Assembly: GCF_004010195.1 (NCBI RefSeq)
Contig: NC_057719.1
Coordinates: 62,258,796-62,322,795, forward strand
Length of the DNA: 64,000 bases
Origin: Chiloscyllium plagiosum
Lineage: Eukaryota
Direction: 5' to 3'
Positions 37,005-48,786 of the stretch are shown piece by piece. A program made the position numbers and the translations under genes. Under the pieces are notes generated by a model. That model saw only the letters and a list, made by a program, of their open reading frames with translations. It was not told where the DNA came from and made no database searches. The first letter of the stretch is position 1; each line of letters starts with the position of its first letter.

Positions 37005-38430
37005 TTTTGCCCTCCTGATTTTCCTCTTAAGTTTACTCCTACTTTCTTTATACTCTTCTAAGGATTCACTCAATCTATCCTGTCTTTACCTGACATATGC
37101 TTCCTTCTTTTTCTTAACCAAACCCTCAATTTCTTTAGCATTCTCGATACCTACCAGCCTTTCCTTTCACCCTAACTGGCCTCTCGTTATCTCATTTCTG
37201 AAGGCTTCTCATTTTCCAGCTGTCCCTTTACCTGCGAACATCTGCCCCCAATCAGCTTTTGTAAGTTCTTGCCTAATACCATCCAAATTAGCCTTCCTCC
37301 AGTTTAGAACTTCAACTTTTAGATCTGGTCTATCTTTTTCCATCACTATTTTAAAACGAATAAAATTATGGTCGCTGGCCCCCAAAGTGCTCCCTATTGA
37401 TACCCCTGTCACCTACCCTGCCTTATTTCCCAAGTGTAGGTCAAGTTTTGCACCTTCTCTGGTAGGTACATTCACAAATTGAATCAGAAAAATTTCTTGT
37501 ACGTGCTTAATAAATTCCTCTCCATCTAAACCCTTAACACTATGGCGGTCTCAGTCTATGTTTTGAAAGTTAAAATCCCCTACCATAACCACCCTATTAT
37601 TCTTACAGAGAGCTGAGATCTCCTTACAAGTTTATTTCTCAATTTCCCTCTGACTATTGGGGGGGTCTATAATACAATCCCAATAAAGTGACCATCCCTT
37701 TCTTATTTCTCCGTTACACCCAAATAACTTCTCTGGATGTATTTCCAGGAATATCCTCCCTCAGCACAGCTGTAATGCTATCCCTTATCAAAAATGCTAC
37801 TGCCCCCCCTCTCTTTCCTCCCTTTCTATCCTTCCTGTAGCATTTGCATCCTGGAACATTAAGCTGCCAATCCTGCCCATCCCTGAGCCATGTTTCCGTA
37901 ATTGCTGTGATATCCCAATCCCATGTTCCTAACCATGCCCTGAGTTCATCTGCCTTCCCTGTTAGGCCCCATGCATTGAAATAAATGCAGTTTAATTTAT
38001 TAGTCCTACCTTGTCCCTGCCTGCCCTGACTGTTTGACTCCTTTCTTTTCTCAACCGTACCAGTCTCAGATCGATCTCCTTCCTCACTATCTCCCTGGGT
38101 CCCACCCCCCACGTTGCTACTTTAAATCCTCCTGAGCAGCTCTAGCAAATCTCCCTGTCAATATGTTAGTCCCCTTCCAATTAAGGTGCAACCTGTCCTC
38201 CTTGAATAGGTCACTTCTACCCCAAAAGAGATTCCAATGATCCAAAAATGTGAATCCTTCTCCCATACACCAGCTCCTCAGCCATGCATTCATCTGCTCT
38301 ATCCTCCTATTTCTGCCCTCACTAGCTCGAAGCCCAGAGAGTAATCCCTCGAGGGACCTCCTTTTTATATTCCTGTCTGTCTACATTCTCCCTTCAGAAT
38401 CTCATCCTTTTCCCTTCCCATGTTGTTGGT
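37005..38430 (-). mobile_element. CR1 (HER1-like) LINE: endonuclease region and end of ORF1
   Basis: LNCIYFNAWGLTGKADEL...AITETWL...GGAVA and SDHN motifs in ORFs 37714-38112 and 37209-37412. Confidence 0.92.
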
Positions 38431-41400
38431 GCCTTTCCTCAATGGTGTTCAGTCTCAATATTTCATTCTTCCTTTTTAATGTTCCTTCTTTCCCTGAGGT
38501 TACTCTGTAGATGAGCGTATCGTTGCCGTGTTAACAAAAATATATTGGCCAATATTTCATACTTTGAAATTGTGGTCTTGTATAATTTTGTCAACAGGTA
38601 AATTTTGTCAGATTTTATAGAGGAGAAAATCTTGGACAGTACAGGCTATCCTTACTGAAGTGTTAGCCTTGAATTTTGCATTTAGTTCCTGGAGTGAGAC
38701 CTGAACCTAGAATGTGTGGCTCAGGCATGAAAGAGCTATTTCTGGCCAGGTACTGATGACATTACGTCCTTAAACAATTCTGCTTTCATGTCATGACTCA
38801 AACTTGCTTTGTTTCTTTTTTGACCTATATTGGTGAGTTCCATATATTACTGAGGTACTTCCGAAACATAGAAAGAACAGCACTGGATCCTTTGTGCATT
38901 GTTGCTCTGTCTGTTTTCACCTTCGGTGATTCAAAGTTCACTTTTCTCACCAACTGTCAAACAAATCTATGGAGAAATTCTATCATGAATACCATTCAGT
39001 GTATAAATCCTGCTCAAATTTGCTTTCCCAAAATGCAGCACCTCGTGTTTATCGAAGTGGAATAGAATTGAAGGTTTTGGGGTGTTTTTGAACCCCATAA
39101 AATTGGAAGTCAGTTACAGATTGGAATTTTATCAAGGGGTTTTGGGATGATTATGTGTTGAATAACAGATACCCCGGAGTGAATTACAGACTGGAATCTA
39201 TTCGAGGGTTTCAGGCTACAATGATGGCTAGTCAGCCTGGAGGAAAATGAGGATTCGGAAAACTCCCAAGAGTGCATCCACTTTAATGGCAATCTATAAA
39301 TAGTGCAAAGTTAGCTTTCTCCCAGGGCAAAACTTTGATAGACTCCTTCAATAATAAAAAGGCAGATCATTGTGACGTTCACAAATGTCACCTTCCAAGT
39401 TTTAGTTAATTTAACAGCAAGCACGTGTTTGTCGTGACAGGGCATTACATTGTCATGTTCAATGTACCATTTACTCTTTTCCAAACTTGTAAGATCCAGT
39501 GAAGCATCGTCTAACTATTCTGCAATCAAAAGCTCATCACTCACACTTGCAATTTTACCTTGTGCCTTTCCGTTGAATTGATTTTTAAAGTGCTTAGCTA
39601 ATTGTGAGCTCAATTCACTATCAGACACCAAATAAAGCACAATCATTATAATTTCTGCCAGTAAACCCCTCTGATCAATTGGACTATGTTTGGATTATGT
39701 GATGGACTCCTAACCAAATTCTTGCTAAAATCCAGATTGTGAGCAGAAGTTTGGGTAAGGGAGCTGATTGGCTGAACTCAATTATCCTTCCATTATGAAT
39801 TCCCAGCAACCATATAATTTTAATAGGTGAAAGAGGGAACTAACAGTGCTCCAGGTTGACCTCCAAGCCCTGTCTACCCAATGGTTATTGCCTGCTAATC
39901 ATTGCAGATCTGAGTCGTCTCCTTTTTGTGTTTTTTTTTATCGCTCCTTTGTTGTTGTAAAAAATTGAGTGAAAAACAAGACTATAAAAACTTGAGGGAA
40001 AACCTTTGCTCATTCAGAGATGTAATACAGGAAGGAGGACAGTACATTATTTGTACAGTATTTAGTGACAGAAATGTCCCTCGCTTCTGCTGCTTGTCCA
40101 CCCATTGGTGTATCCAATAACAAAGCTGTCAACTCTCAAATCATTGCACTAGTTCTTCCTGAGCTAATAATGCAGAGGATTTAACAGAATTGAAATTAGT
40201 TAATGCACAGTTGACTGAATTTTATTGATTTTATTTTGAATTGGAATTGCTCATCCTTGTGTAAAGAGCTAGCCAGTTCTGCATTCTGTCAATCTGGCCT
40301 GAAACAGCTAAAACATATTGAAATGAGTTTTATACTTTGCTTTCCTTGCAGGTTGTAATTGTCACTGGGATATTACCATGGTTTCTGTCCCTTCTATGAC
40401 AGGGTTTCCTGGGTCAGCATTCTATATGTACTCCTAATTGGAAACATGTTTTAGTCACTCTCATTATTACTCTCTGAGCAACTCTTGGGCTTCTGCAGGG
40501 TATAAAAGATGAAGTTGTGATGCTGATCAGCACAAATATGGAAGGTCTCTTGGTTTAACCTTTATTCATGGATATCACCATGGCTGGCCTTGGTGGTACT
40601 TAACAATGACTTAAGTGGTCTGCTAACCCATCCTCTTTCAGTCAAGGAAGAGAACCTTTTATCCAGTTACTGCTGAAAAAGAAACATTCTCACATATCTG
40701 CCCAAATTGTTGTGATCGTTTGCAATTTGGCATTCTTGCATTTGTCCTGATGAGAGCAAACTGGAAAACTTCAGGAGCATATCTGTCTGAGCAACAATAT
40801 TCAAGTTCTGTATTGTTAAACACCCATTTAAGATCCTGTTGATTGGTGATATCTTCTGGGTAGTACCTGACAATTCTGGACTTGGATTGCAGGCAAGTTT
40901 GAATTTGATTATGATGATTTGCTCTGCTTCAGCTCATATGAACAATATGGAAAAGATACTGGAAGGCATGTCTAGGTGCAGAATGGTAACCAACATAAGT
41001 TACCACCTCAGGAAGGGAGTAAAGGATAGAATATAGGTGGCAGATTAATCCCACTCTCCTTTGCCTCCTCACCGTCCATACCATGAACAGTTACGAAGTT
41101 GAAGTGACAATTATCTCAATTTTATGCTCTGTCCATTGATGAAATTTTAAATCTGTTGATACTCAGCAGTTTCTTGTTTCTTTCATTCCCACGGACAAAT
41201 AGTTGCTGTTGCTGTACTGGTGTGAAGTAATCGTAACAGGAAACATATAACAGAGTGAATGCAAGTGCTTAGTTGAGGAATTGAATGTCAACATTAATTT
41301 AGTGTAATAACAGCTCTTTACAGTTTGGTTGAATTGATATAAATGGATTTTATAAATTGGTATTAGCCTTTGACTGGCAAACATTTTTGCAAGTGGAAAC

Positions 41401-41569
41401 TTTGCTTGAATCTCAAGCATCCGTGTATTATTTTAATGCTTTGAGAATTTATGAAACTAAATTTGTGGGCGGCACGGTGGCACAGTGGTTAGCACTGCTG
41501 CCTCACATTTGCTTGAATCTCAAGCATCCGTGTATTATTTTAATGCTTTGAGAATTTATGAAACTAAAT
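41401..41569 (+). repeat. 62-bp perfect direct repeat flanking a 45-bp HE1 SINE 5' head
   Basis: 41401-41462 equals 41508-41569; the intervening sequence is ttgtgggcggcacggtggcacagtggttagcactgctgcctcaca. Confidence 0.95.
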
Positions 41570-42029
41570 GTATTCGCTGAAGATCCATTTCAGAGTTTGG
41601 CTGTGGCAGATGTTAGAGAAGTGCGTCTTTGCTTAAACCACCTTTGGGAGCTTTTGACTATTGCAATGACAACAATTACTTTTATGTCTCTGCTTTGATG
41701 AGGCCTGAGAAGAACAGTTTAGCATCTGTGCTCATTACCATACAAGGGCAAAGTAGCAAATGTAATGTTCTGTTTTCCAAATGATGCAATAAATAAAAAT
41801 GTGAATAATTCACCAAAAGATTTGTTAGGTTAAAGGTATGAGCAATGCCTTTGTAAAGTCCATTACCTCTAAAGTGCCAGACGACCCAACTGACATCTGG
41901 TTTGAGATGAACAGAACTTTGCTTCAACAAAATATTCAAAAGCCTGAACTCATTGTTTTTGGCCCCTAGTACAATCTCTGTTCTGTAGCCACCCACTGTG
42001 CTTACTGTTTTGGGCTGAACCAGATTGTT

Positions 42030-42800
42030 CTCTCCTTGCTGTCGAATTTGGCTGTCCTTAATTCAGCTTATCTGCCCAAACCATGCTTTGAAGGCCTTAT
42101 TAACTCTAAACGTGACTATTCCCTTACAGTCCTGACTGCCACTTCATATTTACTTTCAATAAGCTCGACATCACCCGAGACCCTAATGCCCATTAGCCTA
42201 ACTTGCACGACTTGCCATTCACATCACCCACTGTGCTCACTGACCTGCACTGGCTCATTGTAAAGCAATGCCTTATTTTAAAAAGACTCATCTTTGTTTT
42301 CCATTGCCTCTGACTATTCCCTTACAGTCCTGACTGCCACTTCATACTTACTTTCAATAAGCTCGACATCACCCGAGACCCTAATGCCCATTAGCCTAAC
42401 TTGCACGAGTTGCCATTCACATCACCCACTGTGCTCACTGACCTGCACTGGCTCATTGTAAAGCAATGCCTTATTTTAAAAAGACTCATCTTTGTTTTCC
42501 ATTGCCTCTGGCCTCGCATCTGCAACATCCTCCAGCCCCACAGCCCCTGGAATGATGGGTTTTGGCACTCTACCTCCAGCCTCTTGAACATCCATGACTT
42601 AAGCAGGACCCTTAATGCTGGAAGTGCCTCCTCTACCTCTCTGCCTCTCTATCTATCTATCTCTCCTCCTTTAAGATACTCCTTTGAACATCCTGAAACA
42701 ATATATCTTCAAGTAGGTCAGTGGCAAATATTGTTTGGTAATACTCTTGTGACGCACAGTGAGGTGTGTTTTATTGAAAGAGCAATCTAAATAGAGATGA
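42030..42800 (+). mobile_element. L2-like LINE 3' fragment
   Basis: ORF 42401: FTSPTVLTDLHWLIVKQCLILKRLIFVF, matching the L2 motif HITPVLxxLHWLPVxxRIxFK. Confidence 0.75.
42113..42508. repeat. Tandem duplication, 2 x 198 bp
   Basis: 42113-42310 and 42311-42508 differ at two sites seen (catattt/catactt; cgact/cgagt). Confidence 0.95.
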
Positions 42801-43389
42801 TTGTCATTTTGAGTACTATGTAAATTTCTCTTAATTACTTAAACTTCCTTCTCTTGAACCATTTGCAAGATTGGGAATTCATGTCACAACAGTTTCTTAG
42901 ATTTGTTGAATGTGCAGGAGAATTTCTCAGCAGCTGTTGAGTGACTCTTCTGTAAATAAAGTGCATATTTGTTAAGGTCTGAAGAGAAAATCGTTCACTG
43001 GTCATTGCTGTGTAAAAGTAGATAATCTGCTGCTGTTTTCAGCGATCTCCCTCAATCTCTGCACTGTTGGGCCTGAGTTCACAGCATTGCCGATAATGAG
43101 ATAAGCCGGTACTTTCTCCAGCACAGATCTCACTCTACACTGCCTTGACCAAAGTGCCTGTAGATTGGAATTGTCATTAAGTTTTGCAGCATTGGCTTGG
43201 ATTTTTCGCACAGTCAGCATTTAAGAAATTCTATGTGCATTGAAGTGCTGATAAAATTCAATAGACGCTTGCAGGTCTACTTTGCAAACCTTGAGACCTG
43301 ATGTTCAACAGTCATACCTCTGGCTGTTTAACATTTTGCTAGCATATGGGAGTCTCTTTATTGTGCAGTGTGAAATAGCCTGGTTGAAT

Positions 43390-43565
43390 TTATTTTTATT
43401 CATCCATGGAATGAGGTTGCTGCTTACTAGGCAGCATTGCCCATATCTAATTGCCCAGAGGGCAGTTAACCACATTGCTGTGGGTCTGGAGTCACATGTA
43501 GGCCAGACCAGGTAAGGTTGGCAGATTCCTTCCCTAAAGGACATTAGTGAACCAGATGGATTTAC
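43390..43565 (-). mobile_element. LINE/SINE-type tail fragment of an abundant family
   Basis: aaccacattgctgtgggtctggagtcacatgtaggccagaccaggtaag...ggcagattccttccctaaaggacattagtgaaccagatgg; relatives at about 56790-57030, 59620-59850 and 60720-60960. Confidence 0.6.
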
Positions 43566-44773
43566 TTCAAGTAGTACAATTTGCATCTTACTGTTAAGAA
43601 ACCATGTTAAAATGGTAGTATTATGGAATCAGGCAACATCATTTTCTATCAATTTTTAACAATGACTTGTAAAGGACTCTGCATCAAACATTGCAATAAA
43701 ACCACAAATCCTTAACTTCAGGGATTTATTTGTGTGGCTCTCTTGACCTTGGTGCATATGACATGTAACATTTACCTGAGTAACTTGCATTGCTTCAAGA
43801 TGCAAGCCATTTTATTTTGAAGCTTTGAATTTCTTCCCTTATCTGTTTTAAAATCCTTGTGATTACAGCACAACTCCAGTTGAGTGATTTTTAATTGTGC
43901 TCAAACAATTTTTTTTAATAACCTTGGTTTTCGAATGGCAGCCTGTTATTTTAATTGGATCTCTGTTGACTTTGTTGTGTGGTCCCAAAGCAGGTTTGCT
44001 TTTGAGATCCACAGTGTGTAGCGTGAAAATATTTGGAGATGGAATGGCATCTCTGCAAGAAATTCAGTGATTTGCTTCCTTCTGTCTCTCATTCATTATT
44101 CCTTGTTCCTTACCAGCATTGGTTATTCGACTTAGATCGACTTTGTAACTTCTAATTCAGCAAATTGTTCCCATTGATTAGTGCTAACACCTTTCTTTAG
44201 GATTAACTTAGATTATGAATTTCTTTTGATGGTAATTTGGCGGTACTACAGGAAGGTGCAGCATTGCTGTCACATTTGGTAGATGCAATTTGTCCCAGAT
44301 ATAGCCCTTCCATCTGAAAACCTGCAGATGAAATCAATGAGGGAAGATCAGGTAGAATAATGGTACATATCAGGACGGCAAAGCAACAAGCCTAAGTGAA
44401 GGCAAAGAGAATTGATCTATAATAACAAAAAAAGGACAGAGATCAAGCAAAGTAGGATGGTAAACAAACAGCAGTAGTGGGGGGAAAAGGAATGGTAGTC
44501 TGATCAAGTGCAGGAAAATTATCCTCAACAACAAGTTGAATACATTTTATTTCATTAACAGCCTCTCGGTGCTAGGAGGATCCAAGTATCTCTGAGCATT
44601 CAGTATCATCTCCCTGTTCCTGTGCCCGTCTGTTGTGCTCTGTGAGCAGGGCTCTAAAGAAGGACCAGTCAGTGCTCTGGCTGGAAGCAGGCAGGGAGGT
44701 CTCATTCAGAAATGAAATGGGCATCCAATGACTCATGGGGAGTCCGGAAACTGTATTTGACCAGCAATGTAAA

Positions 44774-45391
44774 TATGATGGACCAGACCACCACCTCTTC
44801 CCGAAAGTATTGTAAGGAGATAGCCTAGACGCTAACATATATTTAAAGGCAACTGTAAAGGGCTTGTTCCAGTTGTGAATCAATTGGTCCATAACTAGAC
44901 TTTAATGAAAACACTTTATTCTTAAAGCCCAGTTAAAGTACAGAAGAAAGTTGGCATAACTTTAACTCTGTTGAAAAAACTAACAAGGTAACGTTATTAA
45001 GACATTAATCGATTATTTCAATATAGGCAGCATCCTGTAAGCATACCCTTGGCGAGACAATTTAGGAAGATGGTTTCATTATCATGTGCTGTCTTTATCC
45101 AATCCAACAGAACAAAATACTGAACGAAACAACCTGCATCTTTTTATTTCTGCTTCTTGTCTCAGATTCTAGCTGCAGAGAACTCAAACTTTTAGCTTTA
45201 GCAGCCAGCAGAAAACCTTCAACTGAGTTGCAGAGCTAAAAACCTACTGGGCTCTGAGAGTCCAGACCCGCCCAATCATGCTGCTCTTGTCTCCTTCTTA
45301 AAAAAAACTGAAGTTATATGCTCTGAGCAGACACCCCTCTTCAAAATAAACAGGACAGAGTGTATCTGTCTCAAAGCACAGTACTGTCACA
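44774..45391 (-). mobile_element. Solo LTR, same family as 27972-28585, opposite orientation
   Basis: atggaccagacca...tagcctagac...tttaaaggcaa...caattggtc matches the reverse of 28465-28584; the end tcaaagcacagtactgtcaca matches the reverse of 27972-27994. Confidence 0.7.
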
Positions 45392-47080
45392 ATGAGCAGT
45401 GTAGGACTCACACTATCATAGAATCCTTACAGTATAAAAGCAGGCCATTCAGCCCATCAAATCCACAGTGACCCTTCAACCAGCAGACCCACCTAGCCCC
45501 CCTTCTCCAAATGAAATTTGTAAGTCGTATCTGTCAGGATGAATGGTTCCCTGGAATTGTCCCCTCAGTAAATTGAGCCCTTTAGTGGAATAACTGCTCT
45601 GTTATAATTACTATGGTCCCCTTCCCAGAACACTGAGGTGCATGTTAGGCCCTCTGTTGTGAGACAGTCAGTTCCCATTTCCAGTCGAATGAAGCCCAAG
45701 CATTTTAATTGCTAAACACTGCCTGCCGATGTTCCTTACACGTCACAATCACCCCCTCTGTCTTGTTTTATTCTTTGCTTTAGAGACTTTTTCCTTCTGT
45801 AAGTAGATTTTTGTCAATAGAATCCTTGTTTATGCTGGAAAGGTGCATTGATAAACTGAGCTGAGACACAGCAAGATGATATTGTTGTTGAAGGTTTTAG
45901 ATGTTTCTGTTTATCACCATCACCTGAGCACTCAGATGAAACTATTGCATCGAAATCTTGGCTGTTTCCTTGATATTGATGGCTGTGCACTCTGTTGCTG
46001 ATCTTTGTGGATGTTGTCACATGCAGAGGCTGTTTTGTAATGTAATTGCAGGACATTTATTGACTGATAATCCATAGTCACTCACTGTGTAGTCAGGTCA
46101 GGTATGGAGAATCAGCCACTTTCTTTTATGCCTGTTGGATGTGACTCAAACACCACTTTCAGAATAGAGTACACATAGGCTGGAATGCACACTACACTAC
46201 AGAAAGGAAAGAACATTTTTTTGTGAACAGACTACAATTGAATATAGATTGATTAAGTTCTTACTACACAATTCAGAAACATCGCATGTGTTTTGGAGCT
46301 CGTGTGGTGGATAAACAGGCTATATGTCCGAGTGGCTGATTGAATCAAAGAGCATGTTCCTTTGGTTGGTCATAATAGGCTGGGAATGGATGATGCTGGG
46401 AATGGATGATGCTCCCCTCGCCAGCTCTTGCAGAAACCAGAACAAAGTGTGGATCTGTGGTTCAGTAGCACTTGTTCAACAACTCAAGAACATGCTAATT
46501 TTTATGCCAAAATCCATTTGAAAATAATTGAAAAAACTCCTAACATGGCTCATGTGAGCTTGCGAGGAACATTGTGCATAGTGATCGGTTCTCTGCAAAC
46601 AAAAGGTTTATGTTCAAGTCTTTTCTAAACTGCTTGGGGATTTGGGAAGCTATAGTTTCCCATTGCTTTCTCCATGGCAATCTTAACCAATCAATATCAA
46701 CTTGTCAACAAATCAGCACCCTTTTTCTTCAGTAGTGTCAGTTGTGATCTTTTCAAATTGGACATTCTTGTGCCTGTCCTGATACATTTACAATGAAGAG
46801 CTTGGGCAAGATGGCTCCTCCCAGCAATATTCAAGTCCTCTTCTGTTTTACTGCTGAGTTTAACTATTGTTTCCTTCACTTGTTTAACCCATTGAACACA
46901 CACCAAACAGCAAAATGTAAATGTCAAACCCTTAGACCTTCATCTTTCCCTAAGCAATCAGTGATTGGAAAAATATTCCTGCAATTGATACAGTTGATAC
47001 ATCCAAAAGGAATTAATTTTGGATGAAGTTGGCACGCTACCCCTTCAACCTTGATGAGCCTGCTCCTCAAACCCACATGT

Positions 47081-47503
47081 GAGGCATGGTGGCTTAGTAG
47101 TCAGCACTGCTGCTTCTCAGCGCCAGAGACCCAGGTTTGTTTCGAGGGCAGCACCGTGGCTCAGTGGTTAGCCCTGCTGCCTCACAGCGCCAGGGACCTG
47201 GGTTCGATTCCACCCTTGGGCAACTGTGTAGAGTTTGTGCATTCTCCCTATTTCTGCACGGGTTTCCTCCAGGTGCTCCGATTTGCTCCCACAGCCCTAA
47301 TATCTGCAGGTTAGGTGGATTGGACATGCTACGTTGCCCATAATGCCCAGGAATCTATAGGGCAAGTTGGGTTAACCTTGGGAAATGCAAGGTTACAGGG
47401 CTAGGATAGCAGGGTGGGTCTGGGTAGGATATTCTTCTGAGGGTCATTGTGGACTTGATGAGCTGAATGGCCTGCTTCCACACCCTGTAGGGATTTTATG
47501 ATT
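47081..47503 (+). mobile_element. HE1-type SINE preceded by an extra, more diverged tRNA-like head
   Basis: Head 1 at 47081-47143; full copy from about 47146 with A box tggctcagtgg and B box ggttcgattcc (47201-47211). Confidence 0.9.
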
Positions 47504-48749
47504 GAGAGTTGACAGTATAGAAAGGGACCATTCCACCCTGCAGATCTATACCAGTATTCGTGTGATATTTCTGTCACTCAAAATGAGCTCACTCACCCAT
47601 TGAACTGCACAAACATTTCTAGAAAGTAATGAAAAATTAACACCAATTCTTCCTAGTAAGATTTGAAACTTTGGACCTTTGTCCTGGGTTTAGATTTGAA
47701 AGCTGAGTCTTGAAATCCAGATTTCGATTTCCATTGTCAATTATTTTTCCCTCACTGCTGACTGAAACTGGCTCTAATGACTTGATTAAATGGATTCCTC
47801 AATTGGAGCATGCTTGTCTCTCGAGATGGCAAATTGCCACCAAAAGCATTAAGGATATCATGCATCTTTCAAAGCATGATATCCGTGGGAGGAGGGAAAG
47901 GATTTGCTGCAGCATTTGTTCAGTAACCGAGCTGCTGGAGCAACTGTGAATGGAAGATCTGAAGAGAAAAATTCAAGACCCAACATTGTATTGCATCCCA
48001 ACCAATGGTAATCTCGAATATTGACCACGAAAATCTTGTTAAAGAATGAGACAGATTTGAGTGGTCTTGAGGGCTAGAACTGGAACACATCGAAAGGGAA
48101 ATTACAGAAAACAAGATATGTTTTCAGACTTGACAGAGGGATAGGAATAAAGCATAAATTGTGGCAGAAAGCATAAACAAATGAGGAACCAAGTGGAAAT
48201 AAAATCATGAAAACCAGCTGTAAGAGAATGAAAAATATGTCATCAAATAATAGTAAAAAAAAGGAAAAAATCTAACAGTCTTTCATGTTACCCTATCTAA
48301 CTTTGTTAGAGAGGGGTGATTTGTAAGATACAGGAGACACAAAGACAAGACTACAAGTTGGTAAAGCCGCAGTTTACTAGGATTTATGAATTGCTGTCTT
48401 TGAAGTCAATCCCAATAGCTTTAATCAATACTGTGTGTCCAGTAATGCAGCCATCATGTGATCTACCACGACTTTCTGCTGCATTATACGCAGTGAGTTT
48501 GTAACTATGTTAATCAGTGTGCTTTATAATTATGCTGCAAGCAGGGTACAGAGGATATACCCTTCTCCCGATGTATTCGCTAAACTAGAGCCTTTTATCC
48601 ACCAATCAATCCTTTCGGGCTTGTCCTGTGCTGTCATACTATTTGTTTTTAGCGGTTAAAAACCCCCATTGAGACCACTTCCCTTATCTGACAGCCTCAC
48701 TTTACAATGACCTCTAATTGCAAACAGTGGCATTTGGCTTCAACTGTAG

Positions 48750-48786
48750 CACAACAGAAATCTGTAAATACCAGATTTCTGTTGTG
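48750..48786. other. Perfect 15-bp inverted repeat with 7-nt loop
   Basis: cacaacagaaatctg-taaatac-cagatttctgttgtg. Confidence 0.95.

Noticed and set aside
36345..37073. 222-242-aa ORFs
   Set aside because: Almost entirely N.
27972..45391. One full-length LTR retroelement bounded by the two LTRs
   Set aside because: The LTRs are inverted and diverged, with no internal gag/pol recognised.
48760..48776. Circular ssDNA virus origin (minus-strand loop TGGTATTTAC versus nonamer TAGTATTAC)
   Set aside because: Imperfect match needing a substitution and an insertion, and no Rep or capsid motifs seen in nearby frames.
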